From: Candidatus Pacearchaeota archaeon
GTDB lineage: Archaea > Nanobdellota > Nanobdellia > Pacearchaeales > GW2011-AR1
DNA: 64,000 nt
Reading direction: 5' to 3'
Assembly (NCBI GenBank): GCA_018221305.1
Contig: JAAOYK010000051.1
Span: forward strand, 20,085-84,084
The notes beneath the pieces are model-generated. The model made no database searches, had not been told where the DNA came from, and worked only from the letters and a program-made list of their open reading frames with translations. Below, piece after piece: positions 29,403 through 39,709 of this stretch (the first letter of the stretch is position 1; every line of letters starts with the position of its first letter). Made by a program: the position numbers and the translations under genes.

Positions 29403-30035
29403 TTATTTTTTACCTAGTAATTTCTTTAAAGCAAACCCAGGGTTTTTCGCTTTTGTTATTGCAGAACTAACAGCAATACCTCGTGCCCCTAACTTCATTG
29501 CAATCTTGATATCATCATTAGTTTTCACGCCAGCACCAACAAGAAAAGGTCGCTTTAATTTTTTTGCAATTTTTTCAATCAGCTCTGGCTTTTCAGTGGA
29601 TACAGATTTGTTCCCAGCCACAAGTTCAGGAGGCTCAATAGCAAGATAGTCTGGTTTTAATTTTTTTAACTTTTTGGCGTCTTTTAAGCTTTTTGCAAAG
29701 ATTAATACTTTTAATCCTACTTCCCTGCATCGCTTAACTGTTTTTTTAATAATTCTAAAAGATAATTGATGCTCACTATGATTTAAGAAAACTCCTTTAG
29801 CGCCATCACGTTTTACAGCTTCAGGCATTATGTATCCAGTATTTCTGCCTAATTCTTGATAATCCACATGTTGTGCAAAAACTTTCAATTTACTTGCCCT
29901 ATGCACCTCATAAATATCACTTGCTTGCACCCCAATAATAACACCCCTATCAACACGCTCAATAGCTTTAGCTAGCCTAATAACATCACGTCCTTGCTTA
30001 TATGTTTTAAGATTAATCACAACAATAGCTTTCAT
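29403..30035 (-). CDS. tpiA: Triosephosphate isomerase, archaeal type
   Basis: NLKTY, AQHVD, LNHSEH, AIEPPELV, LVGAGV; 210 aa. Confidence 0.93.
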   Translation of the reverse strand: MKAIVVINLKTYKQGRDVIRLAKAIERVDRGVIIGVQASDIYEVHRASKLKVFAQHVDYQELGRNTGYIMPEAVKRDGAKGVFLNHSEHQLSFRIIKKTVKRCREVGLKVLIFAKSLKDAKKLKKLKPDYLAIEPPELVAGNKSVSTEKPELIEKIAKKLKRPFLVGAGVKTNDDIKIAMKLGARGIAVSSAITKAKNPGFALKKLLGKK

Positions 30036-30041
30036 TTTGTC

Positions 30042-30806
30042 TTATCCTCTTAGGACAATTTTCTTAAGTTTCTTTGAAAATTGTTTTGGTTTTTCATTTT
30101 GCCACACATTACGCCCTATTGCAAAACCAATACATCCAACATCCATTGCATCTTTAAGTTGTTTTAATAGTTTTTCTTCACTTGCTTTTTTCCCACCAGC
30201 TATAACCACCTTAGCTCTCCCAGCAGCCTTAACAGCCCAAGCTAAATCTTTTAGATTACTACTCCAATGAAGTTTCACAATATCTGCTCCAATTTCAAGA
30301 CCTACACGTGCAGCATATGCCAAAAGTTCTCCTTTAGATTTGCCTTTTATTGATTTTCCTCTAGGATAGATCCAAGCAATGACAGGTAACCCACGTTTAT
30401 GTGCTTCCCTTTGAACAACTTCAAATTCATTCAACATCTCATGCTCGTGCATACTTCCAATATAAATTGTATATCCTACAGCAACAGCGCCAAGTGAAAC
30501 AGCCTCCTCCACAGTACATAACTGCGTTGACATAGGATCTCCTTCAACCAGTTTAGTTCTACCATTAAGTTTTACAATCAAAGGAATTTTTGCTGCTTTA
30601 ATTTGCGCATGATATTTCTCAGCAATACCTTTTTGAAAAATTAAGGCACTAAATTCACCCTTTTTTGCAATATCGATTATATATTCAGGATCAACATTTT
30701 TGTCATTAAAATCTGTTGGACCATGTTCTAATCCTTGATCATATGCTAAGAACATTGCACGCCCTTTTTTTAATATTTTATACATACGAATTATCATCAC
30801 ATTCAC
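30042..30806 (-). CDS. fba: Class I (DhnA-type) fructose-bisphosphate aldolase
   Basis: LAYDQGLEHGP, IVKLNGRT, WIYPRG, GADIVK, IAGG, IGRNVWQ. True start may be MYKILK a few codons downstream. Confidence 0.9.
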   Translation of the reverse strand: MNVMIIRMYKILKKGRAMFLAYDQGLEHGPTDFNDKNVDPEYIIDIAKKGEFSALIFQKGIAEKYHAQIKAAKIPLIVKLNGRTKLVEGDPMSTQLCTVEEAVSLGAVAVGYTIYIGSMHEHEMLNEFEVVQREAHKRGLPVIAWIYPRGKSIKGKSKGELLAYAARVGLEIGADIVKLHWSSNLKDLAWAVKAAGRAKVVIAGGKKASEEKLLKQLKDAMDVGCIGFAIGRNVWQNEKPKQFSKKLKKIVLRG

Positions 30807-30850
30807 CTTTTTATAAAGATTACAAGAATTATATGGTTAAAAATCTATGC

Positions 30851-31936
30851 CTAACCAGAGTGATGAGTCATAGAATTAAGTATGTGTTTGATTGACATTC
30901 TTCTTACACTAATAATACTATCAGCCCCACCACTATAAATTAAAAGATCCTTATCATTTAAATCTCTAACAATTCCTGTAGGAAAAACCACATTATTAAT
31001 AAATCCTTTACGCTCATATTTTTTCCCAGGTTTCATTAAAGGCTCTGTTTTTGGGGTTCGTGCAAGAATTTTTTCAGGATTTTTCAGATCCATTAAAAAA
31101 GCTCCAGCACTATACACTCCACGCTCTCCACGACCGCCAATGCCATGATAAATTTCTAACCAACCCTCATTAGTTTTTATTGGAGGACAACCAGACCCAA
31201 TACGCCTTTCATCCCACGAATTTCTTCTAGGATGAACAATACTTTTATCCTCCCCCCAAAAAGTTAAATCCTTAGAATACGAAATCCAAATTGATGGTTT
31301 AGAAAAACTAAAAAAACCTTCCGGACGATGCAAGGCAACATACATTCCATTAATTTTTTCAGGAAAAATTACAACATCTTTATTTTGTTCTCTAAAAATA
31401 ATTCCTTCACGTTTCCAGGACTTTAAATTTTTTGAGATCGCCAAAGCAGTAGACGCACCTTCGTAACTAGAAACAGCTACATAAGTCATCAAATATTTCC
31501 GCCCAATCTTAGTCAGGCGTGGATCTTCCACCCCCAAATTTCCATCATGAGGCATACCTGTAAAAAATGGTTTTTGATAAATCTTTTTTATATTAAACCC
31601 ATTTTTATCCAAAATAACTTTTCTAAGATGTGACAAATTAAGTAATCTACAAACTCCATCACGCAGGTATAAAACATTTCCTTTTTTCTCTAAAATCTCT
31701 CGTTTCAAACGTCTATTTAATCTATACTTATAATGAGACTGATCTTTTGACACAATCATAGGACTTCCAAGATGTTTTCGTTTTATAGGACCTTCAGCAA
31801 CCCGTACATACAACATAATATCCCCATTAGGTAAACGTATCGCTGCAGGATTAAATACTCCCTCAACTTCCATACCTCGCAGCGAAGATTCGAAATCTTC
31901 TGGTTTTAGTAAAAGTTTATCGCTTAATTTACCCAT
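30851..31936 (-). CDS. GH130 family glycoside hydrolase/phosphorylase (beta-mannoside-active family)
   Basis: VFNPAA, GVEDPRL, NKDVVIFPEKING, LHRP, IGSGCPPIKT, WLEIYHG, NVVFPTG, YSGGADS. Confidence 0.9.
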   Translation of the reverse strand: MGKLSDKLLLKPEDFESSLRGMEVEGVFNPAAIRLPNGDIMLYVRVAEGPIKRKHLGSPMIVSKDQSHYKYRLNRRLKREILEKKGNVLYLRDGVCRLLNLSHLRKVILDKNGFNIKKIYQKPFFTGMPHDGNLGVEDPRLTKIGRKYLMTYVAVSSYEGASTALAISKNLKSWKREGIIFREQNKDVVIFPEKINGMYVALHRPEGFFSFSKPSIWISYSKDLTFWGEDKSIVHPRRNSWDERRIGSGCPPIKTNEGWLEIYHGIGGRGERGVYSAGAFLMDLKNPEKILARTPKTEPLMKPGKKYERKGFINNVVFPTGIVRDLNDKDLLIYSGGADSIISVRRMSIKHILNSMTHHSG

Positions 31937-31950
31937 TTTTTATCACCATA

Positions 31951-32853
31951 TTATTTAAGTTTCATTGTCAAAAGTTTATTTTTTGCTCCAATATATCTTA
32001 AAACGGACTCACCTTCTTTTAATCCAAATTTTAAGCACTTATCAATAGACCACCCAAGAATCATTCCAGCAACAAATCCAGAAGCAAATGCATCTCCTGC
32101 CCCAGTACGCTCGACAACTCGAACCTTATTCGGTTTTAAAAAATATTTCCGCTTTCCATCAAAAGCTTGGATCGGATTATCCTTATCAGTGATTACAACA
32201 ACATCTGGTCCAAGTTTATGCAAATCAGCTAGTAGATCTTTAGATTTTTTACCTATAAGAAGCACTGCTTCCTCCTTATTTAAAACAAGAACTGTGGCCA
32301 TTTTTAATAAAGGTTTTAAATTTTTTTGAGTTATTAGATATTCACTCGGATTTATTGCAAGCTTTACTCCTTTTTTTGTTAAGATTTTTGCCAATTGAAC
32401 TTGAGTCCCAAAACTTTGCCCAAGCATAGAAGAATAATAAAGCCACTTAGTCTTAACTTTTTTTAATTGAATATCTTTCAAATCAATATGATCATTAATT
32501 CCCTTATAAGTCAAAATTGTTCGACTTTTCTCTTTACTATCCAACACCACAGAATACCCACTCGGCCCATCATTAGAACGAGACCCTAAAAATTTAATCT
32601 TTTCTTTTTTTAATAAATTTAAAATTCGATCCCCATTTGAATCAAATCCAACTTCACCAATATAACCAGTCTTCAATCCCAACCTAGAAAAAGCAACAGC
32701 AGTGTTAGTTCCACCACCACCAACATCAAACCTCAGGTTCTTAATTAATATTTTCGACCCTACAGGATATGATATAAATTTCTTTTTTTCACTAACATCA
32801 GTATCTACAAAAGTATCTACAACTGCAGACCCAAAAGTTATAACGTCAAACAT
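31951..32853 (-). CDS. PfkB-family carbohydrate kinase
   Basis: GGGGTNTAVAFSRLG and ERTGAGDAFASG signatures. Confidence 0.92.
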   Translation of the reverse strand: MFDVITFGSAVVDTFVDTDVSEKKKFISYPVGSKILIKNLRFDVGGGGTNTAVAFSRLGLKTGYIGEVGFDSNGDRILNLLKKEKIKFLGSRSNDGPSGYSVVLDSKEKSRTILTYKGINDHIDLKDIQLKKVKTKWLYYSSMLGQSFGTQVQLAKILTKKGVKLAINPSEYLITQKNLKPLLKMATVLVLNKEEAVLLIGKKSKDLLADLHKLGPDVVVITDKDNPIQAFDGKRKYFLKPNKVRVVERTGAGDAFASGFVAGMILGWSIDKCLKFGLKEGESVLRYIGAKNKLLTMKLK

Positions 32854-32969
32854 TTACTTTTTTATAACCTCTTTTTATACCATCACAAGGTTTACTTCTC
32901 TTAAAAACCTTACCATCCAAACTCTCCTAACCAATAAAAATAATTACTAAAATAAAAAAAAAAGCTAAA

Positions 32970-33164
32970 TTATGGTACTAAAAAATACCAAGCCGCGCCA
33001 AGTATTCCTAAAACCACAATTGCAATTATTACCCACATCCACCACGTCATCTTCTTACCACCTTCAACAGGTGCTGCTCCTGGTTGTGCTGGTGCACCCC
33101 CTACAGGTTTTACAACGGGCTTTGCTACAGGTTTTACAATTGGTTTTTGTGCAGTTACTGCCAT
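32970..33164 (-). CDS. Small Pro/Lys-rich protein with C-terminal membrane anchor
   Basis: KPV repeats then a hydrophobic helix; strong GGAGGT RBS upstream. Confidence 0.7.
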   Translation of the reverse strand: MAVTAQKPIVKPVAKPVVKPVGGAPAQPGAAPVEGGKKMTWWMWVIIAIVVLGILGAAWYFLVP

Positions 33165-33241
33165 AAATTTTTACCTCCTTTTCTTTTCTATTACTATGAT
33201 TAATAAAGCAAATTTTGATTAATAAACGTTTTGATTCCGAA

Positions 33242-34360
33242 TTATCTTAACGCATCAAGCCCTGGAAGCCTTTCTCCGGCAATAAATCTAAGAAGCGCTC
33301 CACCAGACAAACTAATATGAGAAAATCCTTGTCGACTAATCTTTGAAGCTTCCATTGCGTCGCTAAGATGCCCGCCCCCGATTAAACTAAAAGCAGAACT
33401 TTTTGCAATCGCCCTCAAAATAGCAAAAGTACCTTTACAAAACTTTTTTTCAGCACAAAATCCAGCAGGCCCTTTCATATAAATAGCCTTAGCCTTTTTT
33501 ATTTCATTTTCAAATAAAGCAATTGTTTTTTCACCAATATCAAAAATTTCATACTTACTTGGAAACTCACTTAGATCAAGTTCATAACGTTTAGCATCTT
33601 TAAGCACTGCAAAATCTTTAGGCAAAGTAACATTTTTCAGTCTTTTTCTTAATTTCTTTGCAAGATATAACTCACTTTTTAAATAATCATTCTGAGCGCC
33701 AAGATTCTTTCCTTTAGAAATCAGACACAACTGCCCAAAAAGCCCACATGCCAATACCTTATTTTTTCCTAACAAAATTATATTTTCTTCAGGCTTAGCA
33801 CCCCCTAAGATGTACAAACAATTTTTGACTTGTATTTTTTTCAATGCATTAACTTCTCTTTCCAAAATCCGGCCCATACAACTAGGGAAATATTTTGGAA
33901 AACTAACAATACTAGTTTGTCTTCGGTGACAAACAGAAAAAGCATCATTTACATAAATATCCACTATCCCCATAAAAAATTTAACTAGATCATTTTTTCC
34001 AGGTTTAAACTCTTCTTCTAAAAATCGGACATTTTCAAGCAGGATAGCTTCCCCATTTTTCATTTTACCAATTTCTTCTCTTGCACGATCTCCAATTATA
34101 TCCTTAACAAACTTAACCTTAGTATACTTACAAAGATATTTCACATGTTGTTCTAAACTAACATAATCATCTTTACCTTTTCGTCCCTGATGAGCTAATA
34201 TTATAACTTTAGCCCCCTTCTTCTTCAACTCTTTAATAGTTTTTACAGACTCTTTAATACGCATACTTAAAAGCACTCTTCCGTTAACAACGTCACTATT
34301 TAAATCACTTCGAAGAAGCACAGTTTTACCCAAAAAATCAAAATCATTTAATGTTTTCAT
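33242..34360 (-). CDS. pgk: Phosphoglycerate kinase
   Basis: RSDLN, AHQGR, LLENVRF, VNDAFSVCHR, LGGAK, GGGH, HISLSGGA. Confidence 0.95.
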   Translation of the reverse strand: MKTLNDFDFLGKTVLLRSDLNSDVVNGRVLLSMRIKESVKTIKELKKKGAKVIILAHQGRKGKDDYVSLEQHVKYLCKYTKVKFVKDIIGDRAREEIGKMKNGEAILLENVRFLEEEFKPGKNDLVKFFMGIVDIYVNDAFSVCHRRQTSIVSFPKYFPSCMGRILEREVNALKKIQVKNCLYILGGAKPEENIILLGKNKVLACGLFGQLCLISKGKNLGAQNDYLKSELYLAKKLRKRLKNVTLPKDFAVLKDAKRYELDLSEFPSKYEIFDIGEKTIALFENEIKKAKAIYMKGPAGFCAEKKFCKGTFAILRAIAKSSAFSLIGGGHLSDAMEASKISRQGFSHISLSGGALLRFIAGERLPGLDALR

Positions 34361-34372
34361 TCTAATTAATTC

Positions 34373-35377
34373 TCACTTTTTACTTAATTTTTTAATTAGA
34401 TCAACTAGCCTGCAGCTATATCCCCATTCATTATCATACCATGCAAGAATTTTTACCATTGTACCTTTATCGCGCTTGTCATTTAACACCTGAGTCGACA
34501 AACCATCAATAATTGATGAGTGCGTATTTTTAATAATATCATTTGATACAATTTCATCTTCAGTATATTGTAAAATTCCTCGAAGACGCCCAATGCTTGC
34601 CCTCTCCAAAGTCTTATTCACCTCATTAATAGTAACAGGTTTTTTTAATTCGCACACAAAGTCTACAATACTACCACACGCAACAGGAACACGTAAAGAA
34701 AGGCCATCCATTTTACCTTTTAATTGAGGAATAACTACTCCAACAGCACTTGTTGCCCCACTACTTGTTGGAATAATATTTTGTGCAGCAGCACGTGCTC
34801 GTCTTAATTTTTTATGCGGAACATCCAAAATCTTTTGATCATTAGTATATGCATGAACAGTAGTCATAAATCCTCTTTTTATTCCATATTTATCGTTTAA
34901 AACCTTAGCAACAGGTGCCAAACAATTAGTAGTACATGAGGCCATTGAAATTATTTTATGCTTTTTCTTCAACTCCTTATCATTAACCCCTAAGACAAGC
35001 ATTACATCAGGATCAGAACTTGGTGCAGATATTACAACGCGTCTAGCTCCAGCCTTAATATGCATACTAGCTTTCCCATGATCCTTAAAAATACCAGTTG
35101 ATTCAATAACAACATCAACCTTCAAATCATTCCATGGAAGATTTAATGGATCTTTTTGCTTAAAAACTTTTATGCGTCGACCATCAATAGAAATATAATC
35201 ATCACCATACTCAACACGTTTATCATACACACCAAACACACTATCATACTTAAGAAGATATGCCAAAGTTTTTGTATCAGTTAAATCATTAATCCCTACA
35301 AAATTTATCCCTCGATCAAGCCCAATTTTTAAGACAGCCCGACCGATACGCCCAAAACCATTAATTGCTACCCTCAT
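34373..35377 (-). CDS. gap: Type I (bacterial-type) glyceraldehyde-3-phosphate dehydrogenase
   Basis: INGFGRIGR, ASCTTNCLAP, WYDNEWGYS. Confidence 0.96.
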   Translation of the reverse strand: MRVAINGFGRIGRAVLKIGLDRGINFVGINDLTDTKTLAYLLKYDSVFGVYDKRVEYGDDYISIDGRRIKVFKQKDPLNLPWNDLKVDVVIESTGIFKDHGKASMHIKAGARRVVISAPSSDPDVMLVLGVNDKELKKKHKIISMASCTTNCLAPVAKVLNDKYGIKRGFMTTVHAYTNDQKILDVPHKKLRRARAAAQNIIPTSSGATSAVGVVIPQLKGKMDGLSLRVPVACGSIVDFVCELKKPVTINEVNKTLERASIGRLRGILQYTEDEIVSNDIIKNTHSSIIDGLSTQVLNDKRDKGTMVKILAWYDNEWGYSCRLVDLIKKLSKK

Positions 35378-35423
35378 TTTTTTAAGTCCTCTTATACAAT
35401 ATGAGAAAGTTCTTTTTTTTATA

Positions 35424-35447
35424 AAGCTTTGTTTTCAAACAAAGCTT
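35424..35447. promoter_or_regulatory. Perfect 11-bp inverted repeat abutting the TATA box of gap
   Basis: aagctttgttt-tc-aaacaaagctt. Confidence 0.5.
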
Positions 35448-35622
35448 ACCTCTTCAAGCCCTGATAATTGCTCCACCAATTAGAAACATTATATCCACAT
35501 CGTGCCCTAGCTTCATACTGATAAAGATTTAATGCTCCCTTAATAGAATCTGGCTGCTCAATAGTTTCAACAGGTGTATCTTGTGCTTTTGCTTCTAATT
35601 TTTTCTTTTTAGCTTTACTCAT
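35446..35622 (-). CDS. Small hypothetical protein, 58 aa
   Basis: Manual translation MSKAKKKKLEAKAQDTPVETIEQPDSIKGALNLYQYEARARCGYNVSNWWSNYQGLKR; fills the purC-gap gap; TTTATAAT about 25 bp upstream. Confidence 0.55.
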   Translation of the reverse strand: MSKAKKKKLEAKAQDTPVETIEQPDSIKGALNLYQYEARARCGYNVSNWWSNYQGLKR

Positions 35623-35673
35623 AGGATAAACATCAAAACAAACATTATAAACACTTATATAACAATAAAAAGA

Positions 35674-36657
35674 TTAAAGATACCCAGACTCAATCAAATT
35701 CTCTTTAATCCTTCCTTTAACATTCCCAATAGTATAATCAAATTCCTTTCCAGTAATCATCTCATAAAGCTGGATATATCTCTTGCTTAGTTCAACAACC
35801 AATTCTTCAGGCGCTTCAGGCAATATTTCATCATTATAAGGATCACAATTTTTATCAAACCATAATCTTAAAAATTCTTTATCAATATTTTCAGGTTCTT
35901 CCCCTCTTTTAAATCTCTCCATATAGCTTTCCTTAATCCACCATCTAGAAGAATCCGGAGTAAATACCTCATCAATTAAATAAATCCCTCCATCCTTATC
36001 ATATCCAAATTCTTTTTTTGTATCAGCTAAAATCAATCCATTCTTTTCTGCAATCTCCTGCCCTCTTTTAAATAATTTTCTTACCTTGCCTGAAACATAA
36101 TCCCATTGATCTTTTGTCATCAAGCCTCTTTTAATAATTTCTTCAGCAGAAATCTTTTCATCATGTTCAGTGCTTTTTGTCGTCGGTGTTATTATTGGTT
36201 TTTCAAACTTCTGATTTTTCCTCAAACCTTCTGGCAAAACATTACCGCAAAAATTCCTCTCACCCCTAGAATAATTAACCCATGCAGAAGTATCAGTAAC
36301 TCCTGTTATGTATCCCCGTATAACAAACTCAACAGGAAACACATTTAACTTCTTGCATACAACAACATTTGGATCTGGAACATCCAAGACATGATTTTGA
36401 ATAATATCTTTTGTTTCATTAAACCAATAAGCAGAAGTCTGAGTCAGCACCTGACCTTTAAATGGAATATTTGCCAAATTTCTATCAAATGCAGATTGCC
36501 TATCTGTAGATATCAAAAAAACTTTATCATCCTTTACATAGACATCTCTTACTTTCCCCTTATATTTTGTACCTAACCCTGGAAAATTAGTTTCTTTTAA
36601 AGTATACTGCATCTGCAGTTTTATATCTTCAGTCCTTTTTTCTAAATCATGCACCAT
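35674..36657 (-). CDS. purC: Phosphoribosylaminoimidazolesuccinocarboxamide (SAICAR) synthase
   Basis: GKVRDVY, TDRQSAFD, IPFKGQVL, PVEFVIRGYITG, ADTKKEFG, DEVFTPDSSRWW. Confidence 0.95.
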   Translation of the reverse strand: MVHDLEKRTEDIKLQMQYTLKETNFPGLGTKYKGKVRDVYVKDDKVFLISTDRQSAFDRNLANIPFKGQVLTQTSAYWFNETKDIIQNHVLDVPDPNVVVCKKLNVFPVEFVIRGYITGVTDTSAWVNYSRGERNFCGNVLPEGLRKNQKFEKPIITPTTKSTEHDEKISAEEIIKRGLMTKDQWDYVSGKVRKLFKRGQEIAEKNGLILADTKKEFGYDKDGGIYLIDEVFTPDSSRWWIKESYMERFKRGEEPENIDKEFLRLWFDKNCDPYNDEILPEAPEELVVELSKRYIQLYEMITGKEFDYTIGNVKGRIKENLIESGYL

Positions 36658-36736
36658 TTTTCACAGCATAAAAAAGAAAAATGCCTTTTTGAATATTTAT
36701 ATGATTAATTAATATCATTAAAATAATGAACATCCC

Positions 36737-37774
36737 CTACTTCCGTTTCAAATGCACATCACGTTGAGGAAAAGGAATATCTATTTTATGCTTACCTAAG
36801 ATATTATAAATTCGAGTGTTTGCTTCATCAATTGTCCCAAACCGGTTTTCAAAACTATCAACATAATAATATGCTTTAAAATTAAGTGATGAGTCTGCCA
36901 TTTCAACAAACCGAACAACAGGCACAGGATCTGGCAAGACATGATCAATAGTTTTTATCTGGTCAAAAATAAGTTTTTTAACCTTATTGATATCGCTCCC
37001 ATAGGCAACACTAAAAGGCACAACAGCCCGTGTTTTAGGCTCAGGCAATGCAACATTTTGAATAGTACTATCAGCAAGCTTACTATTAGGCACAATGATT
37101 AATTCATTATCAAAAGTCACTATACGAGTACTTCTAAGCCCAATCTTTTTAATCTTACCTTTAGTTGATGCATCTAAATATACCAAATCCCCTACTCGAA
37201 CAGATTTATCCATAATCATAGCAACACCAGAAAAAATATTAGATAAGGTCGGCTGTAATGCTAATGCAACTGCCAAACCTGCCAATCCAAGGCCTGCCAA
37301 AAGTGGTGCAATCTCAACACCCCATAAATCAAGAATATACAAAAATATCAGGAAGATTACGACAACCTTTAAAATACCATGGATTAAAGAGGCCAGACTT
37401 TCACTAGCACCAATCTTTGCTTTACGTGCAACCTTTGTCCATGCACGAAAGACAATAACATCAACAATTGCATAAATCAAGATCCCAACAGCTATAACAA
37501 TACCTGAATAAATAAACGAATTAATATTTTTAGATAAGCTACCTGCTAAACCTAACTCTTTGATTGCAATATTAAGGCTTATAAAAAACATTAAAAGAGT
37601 AACTGGAAAAGAAGACTTTTCAAGCAAAATATCATCCAAATCAGTCTTAGTTTTTCTCACCATTCGCAAGATAACTCTCTCAACAATTGCAGCAAAAATT
37701 TTTAATAAAAAAAGCAATCCTACAAAGATTACTCCTGCCCTTACATAATTGTTTGCAAAATATTGTTCCAACAT
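36737..37774 (-). CDS. mscS: Small-conductance mechanosensitive channel
   Basis: LAGLGLAGLAVALALQ, IGLRSTRI, VPNS, IDIPFPQR. Confidence 0.93.
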   Translation of the reverse strand: MLEQYFANNYVRAGVIFVGLLFLLKIFAAIVERVILRMVRKTKTDLDDILLEKSSFPVTLLMFFISLNIAIKELGLAGSLSKNINSFIYSGIVIAVGILIYAIVDVIVFRAWTKVARKAKIGASESLASLIHGILKVVVIFLIFLYILDLWGVEIAPLLAGLGLAGLAVALALQPTLSNIFSGVAMIMDKSVRVGDLVYLDASTKGKIKKIGLRSTRIVTFDNELIIVPNSKLADSTIQNVALPEPKTRAVVPFSVAYGSDINKVKKLIFDQIKTIDHVLPDPVPVVRFVEMADSSLNFKAYYYVDSFENRFGTIDEANTRIYNILGKHKIDIPFPQRDVHLKRK

Positions 37775-37811
37775 TGTCTACTTCAAAACTTATAATAATT
37801 AGTTAATAAAA

Positions 37812-38786
37812 TTAACCCTTAACAGCCCCAAAAACAATTGATCCATTACAGGTTCCTGCAACGTCGAGTGGTACATACATTCTCCAATAAGTATTGTTTG
37901 ATGCAAAACTTTCAGTATCATTAACCCTATAAGCTAAATTAAAACCAGTTTGCAGAACAGGTGATGAGGTAAGGTTAGTATAAAAACTTCCAAAGTTTGA
38001 TAATGTAAGACCTCCAGCAGTAGAAGCTGTTATGTTAAACCTTTCATGCCCTATAGGAATATTTCCAACATCGCCTAAAGTACAATTCATTGATAGATTA
38101 TCCCCAGAACTAATCCCATAACCATCCAGATTAACATCAAGCCTTACATTTCCAAGATTTGTAACCTCAGCAGTTTGTTCTGCCGAAACATAAGTTGAAT
38201 TAACAGTCCCATAATTTATAGAGTTGGGCAGCCCAATAGCCAACAATTCGCTTACATTTTGTGTGGCATTTTCTGTATCTTGTTGCGAAGTATTATCAGT
38301 AACCACAACAGTACATGTCCAACTTGTTGGATTTGCATAATATTCTATAGTAAAATTACATGTAGCCCTTAAAGTATAATTAGTGCCATAACTAAGATTT
38401 AAAGTACAATTATTATCTCTGTAATGATCATTTTTGTCAGCGCCTCCTTCATAACTAGAATTTTTATCATCATACAGCCTTCCAGTAACATTTTCAACAT
38501 CAGATTCATTATCCCAATCCTGAATAATAGCAATACAAGTAACATTTACAGTAGAATTTGCACTCAATACAATATTAGAATTATTATTTAACGTCACATT
38601 CATGATCTCTGGTGCAACACGTGCAACAACTAAACTGGCAATCACAGTAGCATTTGGTTCACCAGTAATCCCGTTAACACTTGGACTAAAAATCAAAAAA
38701 CCAAAAACAAACAAACAAATTTCAATTAAAGCAAAGGCTAAAATTATCGTTTCAAGTTTTATTTTATTAAATTTTATACGTGTCAT
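37812..38786 (-). CDS. Secreted/membrane-anchored cell-surface glycoprotein, Ig-like
   Basis: N-terminal hydrophobic segment, very many N-x-S/T sequons, paired Cys, INYG...VTNLGNV motif. Confidence 0.7.
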   Translation of the reverse strand: MTRIKFNKIKLETIILAFALIEICLFVFGFLIFSPSVNGITGEPNATVIASLVVARVAPEIMNVTLNNNSNIVLSANSTVNVTCIAIIQDWDNESDVENVTGRLYDDKNSSYEGGADKNDHYRDNNCTLNLSYGTNYTLRATCNFTIEYYANPTSWTCTVVVTDNTSQQDTENATQNVSELLAIGLPNSINYGTVNSTYVSAEQTAEVTNLGNVRLDVNLDGYGISSGDNLSMNCTLGDVGNIPIGHERFNITASTAGGLTLSNFGSFYTNLTSSPVLQTGFNLAYRVNDTESFASNNTYWRMYVPLDVAGTCNGSIVFGAVKG

Positions 38787-38788
38787 GT

Positions 38789-39523
38789 CTATGTTCCAAT
38801 CTCTACATATAAGTAATAAGAGGTTGAGCTAGTAAAGTTCGGGGCACCATTTTCAGGAACAAGTAATTGAAAGTCGTATCCAGCTCCATCATAACCTGTT
38901 GCATTATCTTCTAAAATAGTTGCATAAACATGATTATATCCATCATAAAGTGCTGTCTCATGAAAGTCTGCAAACTGTACAACACCATTAACATAAGTTT
39001 TAACAGTAGGACACGTGTTCGCTAAAATAAATGTTGATCCTACCCAAAAAGAGTTATGAGTCCTATTTTCAAAAGTTTTAGTAATATTATCATCATTACT
39101 TGTATGATCCATATTACTATTTTCAGTTTCTAAATAAGTAATATTAGAACAATTTATAGATGACCACGCAACACTAGTTGAATTACGTGTGGCATAAACA
39201 CGCCCAGTAATAGTAGCCAACGACCAATCATAGATTGTTGACCCCCCTGAATCATCCAAAGTAAAACTACCACTAACCCATCCAACAAACGCTTTCCAGC
39301 GCGGGTTCTGAATTGTTGCACTGATATTCATAGTAGCAATATATCCGCCAGAAATATTAATTTTTAAACCACCAGTACCAGTACCTTTAGTTTCATTTGC
39401 TGTTACATTAATACTATCTGGAGCAGTTGGATCAGCAGCATAAACCCCCATAATAAAAATGAGAACCAGCATACTAAAAAGTATAACTAATACAACTTCT
39501 CTTCCTTGTTTATTATACTTCAT
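38789..39523 (-). CDS. Secreted cell-surface protein, paralog of 39710-40528
   Basis: Signal peptide; WKAFVGWVSG...YDFQLLVPENG...YYLYVEI. Confidence 0.75.
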   Translation of the reverse strand: MKYNKQGREVVLVILFSMLVLIFIMGVYAADPTAPDSINVTANETKGTGTGGLKINISGGYIATMNISATIQNPRWKAFVGWVSGSFTLDDSGGSTIYDWSLATITGRVYATRNSTSVAWSSINCSNITYLETENSNMDHTSNDDNITKTFENRTHNSFWVGSTFILANTCPTVKTYVNGVVQFADFHETALYDGYNHVYATILEDNATGYDGAGYDFQLLVPENGAPNFTSSTSYYLYVEIGT

Positions 39524-39709
39524 GATTTCTTTTTTCCCTCACAAGGCCTTCTTTCTTTACAAGACCGTTTTTTCCCTCATAAAATTCTTTTCTTTTTATG
39601 AGTTTTTTTTAAACTTATTTCTCTCTTATCTAACCTTCTTGTTTTCACAACTACCTTATCCTATTACTGTCCTGAGTAAAAGATATAAAAAAATAAAAAA
39701 TAAAAAATC

